From contig CATNEN010000003.1 in NCBI GenBank assembly GCA_950097015.1, forward strand, positions 7,006,001 to 7,070,000: a stretch of 64,000 nucleotides of DNA, in the 5' to 3' direction. The notes below the pieces were generated by a model that saw only the letters and a program-made list of their open reading frames with translations, was not told the DNA's origin and did no database searches. Positions 23,583 through 35,524 of this stretch are shown here, one piece after another. Positions within the stretch are counted from its first letter, which is position 1. Each line of letters starts with the position of its first letter. A program made the translations under genes and the position numbers. This DNA comes from Macrostomum hystrix (taxonomy: Eukaryota > Animalia > Platyhelminthes).

Positions 23583-25748
23583 TCATCAACAGCTGAGACA
23601 GCATGTGAGTTTAGTCTGCCCCTTTCTTTTACTAGACATAGATCCCATTTTTTAATATAGCTTTTTTCCTCTTTTTTTCTTCTCTTTTTTCCAATTATTA
23701 ATATTCTTATTATTTTCTTCCCCCGGTCTTCTACCTGTCTTCATCACATCTTCTACCCCTCTCCACCCCAGCTATTCTACCCCTCTTTCCCCTGGTCTTC
23801 TACCCCTCTTTCCCCTGGTCTTCTACCCCTCTTTCCCCTGGTCTTCTACCCCTCTCATTTCCAGATCTTCTACCCCTCTTCTCTCCAGGTCTACCTCTCC
23901 CCGAGATCGTCTACATCTCCAGATTTTCTAGCTCTCTTCCCCAGGTCTTCTACCCCTCTCTCTTCCGATACCTTCCAACCACTTTCCCCATCATTCTAGC
24001 TTATATTCCTCATTTCTCATTATTCACAAAGCATAATTTTACACCATCATTGTGTTTCAGGGCCTGTCTCCATCCAAGATTCCTCCGCCGCCGCCGCCGC
24101 CAGCCTCGTCGTCATCGTCGTCTGCTGGCCCGGCCGCCACTGGCGCATCCGGCCTACTTGGACCGTACCATCCCGGCCACGGTCTGGGTCATGCCAAGTC
24201 CATGACGGACCTGAAACTCAGCAAATTAGTTAGCGCATTCTCGGAGACCACCCTAGCCAATGTTCAACGCAAAGAGGCTATGAAACGAGAAATGGCCCTA
24301 ACACAATTGGACTCAATTCTGCATCTATATAGTGATTTTCGTCTATCAGCTCTGGCTTCTACTGATCCTCCGTTCAGAGATCTGCCGGATGTTGGCAGCG
24401 GCGGCGGTCGTCATTTAGTAGTCTGCGCACACGGTCTGGAAGGCAACTCTGGCGATTTGCGTCTAGTTCGCGTCTATTTAACAATGGCCCTACCCAATGA
24501 GCGCTTCGATTTTCTAATGTCCGAACGCAATCAGTCTGATACATACGCCGATATACGACTAATGCGACACAATCTAGTTGAAGAATTATTGGCTCATTTG
24601 AATGCGGTCTCGCGCCAACCGACTCACATTAGCTTTGTTGGTCATTCTCTAGGCACTATTATCATCCGAGCAGCTGTGGCCGACTCTAGGCTTGCTCATT
24701 TGAGACCGAAATTTCACACCTTTCTTAGCCTGAGCGGGCCTCACCTAGGCGCATTGTACAATACTTCCAATCTGGTCAATGCCGGCATGTGGTTTATACA
24801 GAAGATGAAAAAATCCGGATCTATTTTGCAGCTAAAACTCAAAGATCACTCAGATCCTAGGCAGACTTTTCTCTACGAGTTGAGCAGTGCTCCTGGATTG
24901 GACTCGTTTGCTAATGTATTGCTGGTTAGCTCGCCTCAGGATCGATACGTGCCCTATCACAGCTCCAGAGTGGAACTGGCGTCCAGGTAATGTACTTTCT
25001 GTGTGCGCGCTTGCCTACTGTCGCTTTCTTTTTATTTTTCTATACATATCGTCTCTATCTTCATTCTTCATCCTCTGCCTCCTATACTTTCTTGGACACT
25101 CTCTCTAGTCTCTTCCTTCTATGTCTCCTCTCCCTTCTCGTATATTTCCCTCTCCCCTCTCTACCCTCTCTTTCTCCCCATCTCCCTCCTCTCTGCCCGG
25201 ACGAAAAATATAACGATATTCGAAATATCGGCAAATTTAAATTAAACGTCATCGCTTCTTCTTTACCTCGTCAGTACCCGGAATTGGATTTGCTCTCCTA
25301 TCTCTCCCTCTCTCCTTTCCCCTCGTATCCCCCCTATATTCTCTTCCCTCTCCTCGGTCTCTCTCCTTTCCAGTTTTTTTCTCCCCTCCACCCTCTTCTT
25401 TTCCGTCTTATCTTCTCTCTTCCTCTCTATTTCTTTCTCCATCTTTACAGACATTATCTAGGAGCAGTATAATAACATAATGCAATGCCAAAAATGCACA
25501 GAGCCCTCAAGGACACAGGCCAAATGTCAGCCGTCTACATGGAGATGGTGTCAAATCTTCTGCAGCGCCTATCCAAAGTGCTCACAGTGCGCTACGATGT
25601 GCATCACTGCTTTCCTAGTAGCACCAATTCTCTGATTGGTCGAGCGGCCCACATTGCCGTACTGGACAGCGAAGTGTTCCTCGACAAGTTCATCTCCGTA
25701 TCCGCAGCTAAATATTTCTCTACCGGAGCTAATGCCGACAGTGAGTAA
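8470..25748 (+). CDS. FAM135A: FAM135-family protein (DUF3657 region plus C-terminal DUF676-type alpha/beta hydrolase), ~1111 aa
   Basis: Exons 8470-8546 (or alternative 9043-9119), 13822-14191, 14946-15268, 18102-18234, 19245-19383, 21863-22347, 22969-23604, 24061-24986 and 25502-25748. All GT/AG and in phase; 3336 nt, 1112 codons including the stop. Motifs ELDRFHNIDLY.RGYY, FDYYYLS, HLVVCAHGLEGN, ISFVGHSLG, LSGPHLG, QDRYVP, IGRAAHIAVLDSE are characteristic of FAM135. A vs B paralog cannot be resolved. Confidence 0.92.
9043..9119 (+). CDS. Alternative duplicated first coding exon (1b) of the FAM135 gene
   Basis: Acceptor ctttcaag at 9022, ATG at 9043, MSHCHLSLQLLVELDRFHNIDLYDRG, donor gtaagt at 9120. 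Same 77-nt length and phase 2 as exon 1a (8470-8546). Confidence 0.85.
9293..10150. repeat. 20-bp minisatellite (tcagatcctcacagttcccc), intronic
   Basis: About 40 tandem units visible; explains ORFs 9241-10071 and 9474-10091. Confidence 0.97.
10444..12935. repeat. 15-bp minisatellite (gttcccaattcatca/tga), ~2.5 kb, intronic
   Basis: Directly visible; explains all FPIHQ/NWELM/GTDEL ORFs. Higher-order ~720-bp duplication. Confidence 0.97.
13413..13702. repeat. ~31-bp minisatellite (gacttctagacactgaatgatcttatgaagg)
   Basis: About 9 tandem units before FAM135 exon 2. Confidence 0.95.
14212..14905. repeat. 27-bp minisatellite (aatccaggggccagaatcgggcagcca) filling FAM135 intron 2
   Basis: About 25 units spanning almost all of intron 14192-14945. 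Confidence 0.97.
15395..15910. repeat. Polypyrimidine ~21-bp minisatellite (ctccgcctttccttctcccct)
   Basis: Visible tandem units; explains the PSPPFLL/GGEGRRK ORFs. Confidence 0.93.
16475..17140. repeat. ~33-34-bp minisatellite (gaatgactcgaagttagagataaatgaccatcaa)
   Basis: About 18 units with gradual sequence drift along the array. Confidence 0.95.
17325..17546. repeat. Direct tandem duplication, 114-bp period, 2 copies
   Basis: ttaaatgtgtaatttggtcc...ttggtaatttcca occurs at ~17325 and ~17439. Confidence 0.9.
18420..19165. repeat. 31-bp minisatellite (tatgaccgtcattctatccaaatcctcatct)
   Basis: About 23 units in intron 18235-19244. Confidence 0.95.
19830..20200. repeat. Minisatellite of ~12-bp subunits (cagacactgtca/cagacctgtctaa)
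   Basis: Visible tandem units with internal palindromes. Confidence 0.9.
20815..21835. repeat. ~19-20-bp minisatellite (gatttgggatcttcctgaa variants)
   Basis: About 50 units, ending ~25 bp before the 21863 acceptor. Confidence 0.95.
22472..22940 (+). mobile_element. SINE family B copy interrupted by a family A copy
   Basis: Head tggccttagcggttagagc, resuming after the insert as gagcgtcggactcacgaccggaaggtcggtggttcgattcccgactcc; matches the uninterrupted copy at 44733-44920. Confidence 0.75.
22507..22700 (+). mobile_element. SINE family A copy (internally shortened) with (ATT)n tail
   Basis: Family A head and 3' end gcagccctcctgcaattattattatt, flanked by a degenerate 11-bp TSD gagcatcagac/gagcgtcggac. 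Confidence 0.8.
23750..23965. repeat. ~23-bp pyrimidine-rich minisatellite (ttctacccctctttcccctggtc)
   Basis: Visible tandem units in intron 23605-24060. Confidence 0.85.
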
Positions 25749-26109
25749 GTAGCTGAAAATCTAAATCTGATTAACAATGGGTTCTTTTTTATTTGTCTCC
25801 CTGCCACAACTGTGATCTTTGATGATGCTAGAATTCTCTTTTTTGGTGTTGCGGTGGTGTTTGAATTAGTTTATCGATCGAAAAACTCATTACTTTCAAT
25901 AATCTCTCTTTTATGTAATTTTACACTGCGTTTTAAAAATAACTGATTAAATAATCTTAAGGATTGTTGTTATCTGCTTTTATATAGATGGTGCCAGATA
26001 GGACTGTGTTATTGATTTCCCATTTAAAGTCAAAGTCGAATTTGGTATAAAGAATTCGAGTATTTTTATAAGTTCCTCGGCAAATAATTGTTTTCAAGCG
26101 CTAACTATT

Positions 26110-26525
26110 TGACAAGTTCCTCTCTCACACTCATGTGCACTGGCTCTTTTACCAGTTCCTCTCTTACCCTAATGTACATAGGGTCTTTGACCAGTTCCTC
26201 TCTTACCCTAATGTACATAGTGTCTTTGACCAGTTCCCCTCTTACCCTAATGTACATAGGGTCTTTGACCAGTTCCTCTCTTACCCTAATGTACATAGTG
26301 TCTTTGACCAGTTCCTCTCTTACCCTAATGTACACTGGCTCTTTGACCAGTTTCCTTCTTACCCTAATGTACACTGGCTCTTTGACCAGTTCCTCTCTTA
26401 CCCTAATGTACATTGGCTCTTTGACCAGTTCCTCTCTTACCCTAATGTACATTGGCTCTTTGACCAGTTCCCTTCTTACCCTAATGTACGCAAGCTATTT
26501 GACCTGTCCCTTTCTTACCCTAATA
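26110..26525. repeat. 42-bp minisatellite downstream of the FAM135 stop
   Basis: About 10 units of tctttgaccagttcctctcttaccctaatgtacat...; explains ORFs 26088-26594 and neighbours. Confidence 0.93.
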
Positions 26526-28253
26526 CATATTCTCTCGTACGATGATTGCTTACTATCAGTTCGAAAAAACGATGGACTTAAAATTAAAATGTAATTGTAG
26601 ATTAGGATAATATATATATTATAATGTAAGTACATAGCGAGTATGATCGTTTGTACTCTTGCTTTTTATGTAGACTTTTTGTAGCAGAAGCAAATGCATG
26701 AATGCAAATCATTTTTCTCAAATAACAATGTCCTGTATCCTGTCTGCATTGCTGGATTTTCTTAATCCAGGCCCGACTTTTGGTGTTGTTCTAAATCAAC
26801 AATCGGTAATGGGTAAACATTCAACATAGAATGTGTCAATAATTATGCCGTTTATCATAATGTGGCTATTAATGACTTTTCTCATAGCGTGTCTCACCGT
26901 TTTTGTTAAAAGCGTGCGTTTTAACAGAAATCCCGAATTTAAAGTTGCTTAGTGTTATTATAAAGACTGAAATCTCCCATTCAGCTAATGTGTAATATGT
27001 CCACCAGTAAATTATTAACGCGACTATAAATTTGGTTTTTTACTGAAAAGCAAAATAATTGCTTATCTCTGACCCCAATATTTTACTAATACAAATTCCA
27101 AAGAGCCCCATACATCCTACACGTGCTAAACTTTGCCACTCCTGTGTGCAAGCAATGCAATATTAGACATAGCTAATGTAGAGCAAAGAAAATTGCTAAA
27201 CATTGACGGATTGTTCATTTTATTTTTTTGCTGCCGATGCTGACCTCTCGCTTCTTTTAATTTATTTTTTTAGAACGCAACTGTTGTTTTAATTATATAA
27301 CTTTAACAGCTCTGCGCTGTGGAACCTAAAATTATTGTTTAATTGTTGGCTGTTTTAAAAATCAATCTTCCTACTCTAATGCATATGCACCTGCATGCAT
27401 AAATGTATATCTGTCTGCTAATGGCTGTCTAAAATGTGATTTAGCACAATCCATTGTTGATTTATATCTAGTTGAAAATGCGCTCTTTCTCACAACCTTA
27501 GCCTAGCCTGTATGGTATGCCGATGAATTTTCACTGCCTAAAACTTCTACTGGACTTTTATTGGCTATCGTATGCACCCGAATTGTTGCCTCTTATTTTG
27601 TGCGTTAAGTTTTTTTCTAAATTACAAGTTAGCAAGTGCTCGATTGACTTATCTAAAAGAAAATATTTATTGAAATAATCCACCGAAAGTCTGTTTTCTG
27701 ATCGTTTTAAAAAAGTGCAAAGCATGCAAATCTGCACGAGTTTTTGCAGACAAAAAACTATTGTTACTTGCTTTGTCATTTTCCGCTAATAAAGACAACA
27801 TTTTTATTAGTCAATCGTTTTGTTTGGTTATAGATTAGAAAACAAAGATAAGAAAGAAATAAATTAGTTAATATAATTGGATTAAGATAAGAAATTCTAG
27901 CCTATTTTAAATTAGGCAGCAATTAACTAGTATTATATATTTAATTTTCTTTTATAGAATTACATTTATCCATGCATGACATTTTAAGGTTACATTTTTA
28001 TCCAAGGTTTAGATTAAAACAGTCTGCAAGACGTCAATGATTGTTTGTTTGTTTAGAATACCTTCTGTCGTCATAACTTGTGGGGTAATGTTCGCTAGTC
28101 GTATATACTAAACTAGGTTTTTGTTATTTTCTATTGTAAAATTATCATGAAGCGTATAATTTTGTCTGATTTCAGATTATAATTATCTAACAGCTAATCT
28201 ACCAGGCATTTAACAGATTTAAAAGATACTAAACAAAGAAACTCAGAGCAGTC

Positions 28254-30075
28254 ATGGCAGAGGAAAATAAGCCAACGTGCGGCCAGCGAATGCGCGCAAT
28301 TGGTAACTTTCTCTACAACAAGGAGCACGGCACCGTGATAGGCCGTACGCCGAAATCCTGGGGCCTAATCATCATTTTCTACCTGATCTATTACTCACTG
28401 CTAGCCGGCTTCTTTGTTGGCATGCTCAGCGTATTACTATTCGGCATCATTGAGGAACAGAAGCCGCTTCTAACCGGAGATCAGTCGCTGATGCGCATGA
28501 AGCCAGGCCTGGGCTTGCGCCCAATGCCGGATGTTGAACGCACCCTAATTTTTGTCAACACTTCCGATAGAAAATCGTTGGACGCTCTAATTGGCAATAT
28601 GAATAAATTTGTTAATTCTTATTCCACTGTGAATAAGTCTCTCGAATCCGAAACTGTGGAATACGTCAACTGCAGCCTAAGCAATGCTGAAGTGAGTCTT
28701 CTTGGCAAAAAATGCCGCTGTGTAATCAACTCCAGCTCATAGTCAACTACTTTGACTTTCTAAGAAGCATAAAACTGCTTCATTTCCATGCCCTATATGT
28801 TTCTACCTGCCCCAACTGGGTCAGATGTGCAGCCGACAGCACAGCCGCAGCTATTGCGCGGCGCATCTGAAGGCTGCGTACGGCTGTTCAGTCCATGGAC
28901 TGGAGGGACGCCACACCCACCCTCAATTACCCCAACTGATACTGGTACCCATTTAAAAGCTGGGCGAACTGAAGCAATGCATAGTTAGATGACACAATTT
29001 TTTTTATTGGAGTCGTGAATCGAACCCCCGACCTTTAAGTCGTTAGTACGTCGCACTAACCACTAGCCTACAACCCCCAATATAAAATGCCTTTAAAGCA
29101 CTTTCCTAGAAACTATATAGTATTCCCTTTAGAGATTCTATTCCCATTTAAAGTCGTTTTTATCAATATTAAGTCGATTCAAATTAGAAATGAAATGTCA
29201 ATTTTTTTTCTCTGACGAATAATCAACATAATCTGAATTATTTCATGGGCTGTGAAAGCAAACTAGTAAACAATAAAGAAGGGGCAAGTCTGTTGATCCC
29301 ACCTAATCCTATCAAATTATTCCTTAATTCGCATCCTTAATAATAATTGCAGGAGGGCTGCGGCCAAGGTCACAAAATTTATTGACTTGAGCACACACGC
29401 ACACAGGTGTGTACATCTACCCTGACCTTCTCTTTGTCAGGCAGTGTACACTGTCACTGCGCCTTGGAAGTTGGCCCTCAATGCCGTAAATTGCACGACA
29501 AGCCCCCAAGCTTTTGGTCCGTGGCCTCGCCAACGCTTTAGACCTCTGCCACCTGCCTCTTACTTCCCAATTCACCCCCTATTTTTCCCCAGGCCAATCA
29601 AGACTTCGATCCCAAGAAGAAGATCTGTCGCATAGATCCCAAAATTGATTGGGGTTCGAACTGCACTCAAGCTAAAAGCTTCGGCTACGGAAAAGCCGAA
29701 CCCTGTGTGATCATCAAGATGAACCGCATCTACGGCTGGCTGCCAGACATTGAGAATGCCAGCATGTCTAATCACACCTTAATGCGATGCGAGCCTGAGA
29801 ATGACGGCGATTGGGCCACCTTCGGCAAAGCCAGCGCAGTCTATAATCCCGGAGTTACCATCGACGGTGTCAACTACGGCTACTTCAGCAGCGCCCTGTT
29901 CCCCTATCTCAACCAGAAGGGTTACACCACGCCATCCGTTGCTGTACAATTTCCTAGCGCTAGGCGCAATGTCCTACTGATGGTCTACTGTCGGCTATAC
30001 AATATTAAAAACTATCGCTACGATAGAGTCGACCGCGATGGCCTAATTAGATTCGAGTTGCTCATTATTAGATAG
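28254..30075 (+). CDS. ATP1B: Na+/K+-transporting ATPase subunit beta (nervana-like), 306 aa, 2 coding exons
   Basis: Exons 28254-28691 and 29593-30075 (phase 0; 921 nt). Motifs FLYN...IGRT..SW..I..FY..YY..LAGFF (single TM), PGL..RP, FGY....PC.IIKMNRIYGW.P, FPY..Q.GY..P.VAVQF, DR..G..RF. Confidence 0.95.
28800..29078 (-). mobile_element. SINE family B copy
   Basis: Closely similar to 175-432 (cagatgtgcagccgacagcac, cagtccatggactgg, ggtacccattt, gaatcgaacccccgacc). Confidence 0.75.
29338..29555 (-). mobile_element. Degenerate SINE family A copy
   Basis: Reverse complement of the family A tail (taataattgcaggagggctgc) and body (gtgtacatctaccctgac, ccttggaagttggccctcaa). Confidence 0.7.
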
Positions 30076-30939
30076 GCCTAGATTTTAACTCAGAGACAAT
30101 GCTGACGAAACAGCTTCGATTCGGTCATGCTAGTGTCATTTAAAAAAAAAATTCATTTAATAAAGCTAGCTAATGTATTTTAGAACCTGTTTTTTACATG
30201 TGAAATTTGAAAACTTTTTCTTAGAAACGCGTGTAATTAGTTCAATATAATCTGTTTGGAATGTATTTCTTGAAGTAATATTAAATTCCTATTCTAGAAT
30301 ATTTCCTTAACCAATATTTTAAGCCAAATGACTTCTGTGCTACGTTTTCAAGATCTTCCCAATCAATTTTCCGAACGATGGCGCTAATAAGAGTATCCTT
30401 GTTATTCAATCGTGTTTTTTGTTATTTTTTAGTAGTACAGTTAGTTCGACTAGACTTTATTTATTTAAAAAGCTAGTTCGTTGAAAAATATCAAATGATA
30501 ATTCAATATCTTCCATATATTTGCACTTTTTGCACTTTAAATTTCCATTTTTTATACACTTAGACTCCATAAAATCTCTCGTTGCTCATTAAAAAATCTC
30601 ACGTCACTATTATATATATTGTGTTTTTCCACTCTATTATTGTCCTATTTTAGGAACTTTTGGCACAACAGGAGCCATTGTTTTTTTCAGGTTACCAAAA
30701 AAATAAATTACGTACACCTACCTGTATTTCCTACCAAACCGCAGTGAAAAATAAACTGGAATTATAATACAATAAACAAAATAGTGACAAATATTTAGTG
30801 AAAACGTTTATTACATCTAGTTGATAATAAAAATGTGCTAGCTACTTCTGCTAAGCACGAGACGCATTTTTTTATTCGGCAAAAATTTCATGGAATTCAG
30901 GTCCAGGATTTGATAATTTAAATAGATTTATAGCTCTGA

Positions 30940-32188
30940 ATGGATTCTAGTTATGGATTCTAGTTATGGATTCTAGTTATGGATTCTAGTCATGGATTCT
31001 GAGATTCTAATTATGGATCCTAGTTAAGGATTCTAGTTATAGATTCTAGTTATGTATTCTAGTTATGGATTCTAGTCATGGATTCTGAGATTCTAGTTAT
31101 GGATTCTAGTTATGGATTCTAGTCATGGATTCTGAGATTCTAGTTATGGATTCTAGTTATGGATTCTAGTCATGGATTCTGAGATTCTAGTTATGGATTC
31201 TAGTTATGGATTCTAGTCATGGATTCTGAGATTCTAGTTATGGATTCTAGTTATGGATTCTAGTTATAGATTATAGTTATGGATTCTAGTTATAGATTCT
31301 AGTTATGGATTCTAGTTATGGATTCTAGTCATGGATTCTGAGATTCTAGTTATGGATTCTAGTTATGGATTCTAGTTATGTATTCTGAGATTCTAGTTAT
31401 GGATTCAAGTTATGGATTCTAGTTATGGATTCCAGCTATAGATTCAAGTTATGGATTCTAGTTATGGATTCTAGTTATGGATTCTAGTTATGGATTCTAG
31501 TTATGTACTCTAGTTATGGATTCTAGTTATGGATTCTAGTTATGGATTCTAGTTATGTATTCTAGTTATGGATTCTAGTTATGGATTCTAGTTATGGATT
31601 CTAGTTATGGATTCTAGTTATGGATTTTAGTCATGGATTCTGAGATTCTAGTTATGGATTCTAGTTATGGATTCTAGTTATGGATTCTAGTTATGGATTC
31701 TAGTCATGGTTTCTGAGATTCTAGTTATGGATTCTAGTTATGGATTCTAGTTACGGATTCTAGTTATGGATTCAAGTTATGGATTCAAGTTATGGATTCT
31801 AGTTATGGATTCTAGTTATGGATTCAAGTTATGGATTCTAGTTATGGATTCTGGGATTCTAGTTATAAATTCTGGGATTCTAGTTATGGATTCTTGAATT
31901 CTAGTTATGGATTTTAGTTATGGATTCTAGTTATGGATTCTAGTTATGGATTCAAGTTATGGATTCAAGTTATGGATTCTAGTTATGGATTCTAGTTATG
32001 GATTCTAGTTATGGATTCAAGTTATGGATTCTAGTTATAGATTCTAGTTATGGATTCTAGTTATAGATCTAGTTATGGATTCAAGTTATGGATTCTAGTT
32101 ATGGATTCTAGTTATGGATTCAAGTTATGGATTCTAGTTATGGATTCTAGTTATGGATTCTAGTTATGGATTCTAGTTATGGATTCCA
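30940..32188. repeat. 13-bp minisatellite (ggattctagttat), ~1.25 kb, upstream of intersectin
   Basis: About 95 units directly visible. Confidence 0.97.
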
Positions 32189-32356
32189 GGTTGTTTTGAT
32201 ATTTGTGATGATTGTAGAATCTATGCAATAAATGGGATTCTATATAATTAGTATTTGTTTTACTAATTATTGCTTATGACTATTGCAATCAATCAGTCAA
32301 TAATTGATCTGTCCTATTTTAAGCTTTCCAATCGAAGCTAAACTAAGCTATCGCTG

Positions 32357-35300
32357 ATGATGGATCCCTGGCGCATAGCACCGGAAGATCGGCTGCGTTA
32401 CGAAGCTCAATTCGTGGCATTGGGACCAGCCGGTGGCTACATCACCGGCCAGCAGGCTCGGGGACATTTCCTGCTTAGCGGATTGCCTTCCACTGAGCTG
32501 GCCAAGATCTGGCAGTTGGCCGACTATGATGCCGACGGGCGGATGAGTCTTGTTGAGTTCTGCGCCGCCTGCTACCTTATCAGGCGGAGACTGCAGGTGG
32601 GTGTGACTTCCAGAGTGACTTCCAGAGTGACTGCTCTTATAGGAGTGACTTCCAGAGTGACTGCTCTTATAGGAGTGACTTCCAGAGTGACTTCCAGAGT
32701 GACTGCTCTTATAGGAGTGACTTCCAGAGTGACTTCCAGAGTGACTGCTCTTATAGGAGTGACTTCCAGAGTGAATTTCAGAGTGACTGCTCTTATAGGA
32801 GTGACTTCCAGAGTGACTTCCAGAGTGACTGCTCTTATAGGAGTGACTTTCAGAGTGACTGCTCTTATAGGAGTGACTTTCAGAGTGACTGCTCTTATAG
32901 GAGTGACTTTCAGAGTGACTGCTCTTATAGGAGTGACTTTCAGAGTGACTGCTCTTATAGGAGTGACTTCCAGAGTGACTGCTCTTATAGGAGTGACTTC
33001 CAGAGTGACTGCTCTTATATGAGTGACTTTCAGAGTGACTGCTCTTATAGGAGTGACTTCCAGAGTGACTGCTCTTATAGGAGTGACTTCCAGAGTGACT
33101 GCTCTTATAGGAGTGACTTCCAGAGTGACTTCCAGAGTGACTGCTCTTATAGGAGTGACTTCCAGAGTGACTTCCAGAGTGACTGCTCTTATAGGAGTGA
33201 CTTCCAGAGTGAATTTCAGAGTGACTGCTCTTATAGGAGTGACTTCCAGAGTGACTTCCAGAGTGACTGCTCTTATAGGAGTGACTTTCAGAGTGACTGC
33301 TCTTATAGGAGTGACTTTCAGAGTGACTGCTCTTATAGGAGTGACTTTCAGAGTGACTGCTCTTATAGGAGTGACTTTCAGAGTGACTGCTCTTATAGGA
33401 GTGACTTCCAGAGTGACTGCTCTTATAGGAGTGACTTCCAGAGTGACTGCTCTTATATGAGTGACTTTCAGAGTGACTGCTCTTATAGGAGTGACTTCCA
33501 GAGTGACTGCTCTTATAGGAGTGACTTCCAGAGTGACTGCTCTTATAGGAGTGACTTTCAGAGTGACTTCCAGAGTGACTGCTCTTATAGGAGTGACTTT
33601 CAGAGTGACTGCTCTTATTGGAGTGACTTCCGGTGTGACTATTATAAGTGTGACTTTCAGTGGTGACTAATTTTATAGGTGTGGCTTCCGGAGTGACTAC
33701 TGTTATAGGTGTGGCTTCCGGAGTGACTACTGTTATAGGTGTGGCTTCCGGAGTGACTACTGTTATAGGTGTGGCTTCCGGAGTGACTACTGTTATAGGT
33801 GTGGCTTCCGGAGTGACTACTGTTATAGGTGTGGCTTCCGGAGTGACTACTGTTATAGGTGTGGCTTCCGGAGTGACTACTGTTATAGGTGTGGCTTCCG
33901 GAGTGACTATTGTTATAGTTATGACTGCTCAACTTTCACTCCCCAGGGCTATCCAATGCCGGACACCCTGCCTCAGAGTCTGCTCCAGTTGCCGCAGGTT
34001 GCAATGCCTTCGTCCGGTGTTCCTCCGCCGACATCGCTATCCGGCACTCCAACATTTGTGTCTAACTCGATGACCTCCGCGCTGTCTTCATCCAGCCAGC
34101 AGTTGTCGCAGGCATCAGAGGACTGGTCAGTGCCCAGCAATGTGCGCGCCAAGTACAAGCTGCGATTCAATCAGGAAGATAGGTCCCGCAAAGGCTATCT
34201 AACAGGATTGGAGGCTAGGTCTTGCCTGCTGCAGAGCGGCCTCAATCAGACTGTGCTAGCGCAGGTAAGCAACTGTTGCATTGGCGTCACCAGTTTTATA
34301 ACAGGTTTCAACAATCAACTGTTCTGTAACCCGTTTTTTACACGTATTGAATAGACTGGTCGTTCTACTGTTAAACCTGAACAAAGTAGTTACATACGCC
34401 ATACATAAACAGTCAATGGTCATACGCCATTCTAAGTGGCTGTCTGTGTACAGCTGTTCAGTCCGTGGACTTTAGGACTAACGGAGCTGATGCTGGCACC
34501 CATTTCACAGTCTTGGTGAACTCAAGCACTAAAGAGCTGAGTGTTTAGCTCAGGGGTTGGCAAACTATGGCCGGCGGGTCAGATGCGGCCCTCGAAGCTC
34601 CCAAATCCGGCCCGTTGCCCCTTCCAACACCCCTTCCAAACCCAGAATCCTGTTTCACCTCTTCCCTGTCTAATCTCTCCTTTGTCTCATCTCTTCCATG
34701 TTTCATCTCTTCCCTGTCTCATCTCTCCCGTGTCACATCTCTCCCCTGTGACATCTCTTTCCTGTCTCATCTCTCCCTTGTCTCATCTCCCTCGTGTCTC
34801 ATCTCGTCCCTGTTTCATCTCTTCCCTGTTTCATCTCTTCCCTGTCTCATCTCTCCCTTGTCTCATCTCCCTCGTGTCTCATCTCGTCCCTGTTTCATCT
34901 CTTCCCTGTTTCATCTCTTCCCTGTTTCATCTCTTCCCTGTTTCATATCTTCCCTGTTTCATCTCTTCCCTGTTTCATCTCTCCCCTGTTTCATCTCTTC
35001 CCTGTTTCATCTCTTCCCTGTTTCATCTCCCTCGTGTCTCATCTCTTCCCTGTCTCATCTATCCTGTGTCTCATCTATCCTGTGTCTCATCTATCCTGTG
35101 TCTCATCTATCCTGTGTCTCATCTATCCTGTGTCTCATCTATCCTGTGTCTTATCTATCCTACTAATCTAAATAAATTTGCCGACCCCTGGTCTAGATAA
35201 AGGACACGAACAGTCAATTTCCTAGTTGAAATTTAAACCCTTTGATCTGTCAGTTAGAAGTTTAAAGTCTAAAGCTTGATAAAAAACAATAACATGTGCT

Positions 35301-35493
35301 GAATATAATCCGTTTTGCTAACGTACCCATTGCCTATCACTTTTCAGATCTGGAGTCTAGCAGATATCGATCGCGATGGTCGATTAGGCCCTGACGAATT
35401 CGTCCTAGCTATGTACTTTGTTGATCTCTGCATGGCTGGTCGACAATTGCCGCAGACTCTGCCGCCTGACATGCTTCCGCCTAGTTTTCGACA

Positions 35494-35524
<31 letters not shown>

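Noticed and set aside
32597-33932. VTSRVTALIG / SDFQSDCSYR repeat ORFs, including the apparent extension of the first EH exon
   Set aside because: A donor at 32597 and acceptor at 33946 join EH1 in frame to the next exon; the repeat is intronic.
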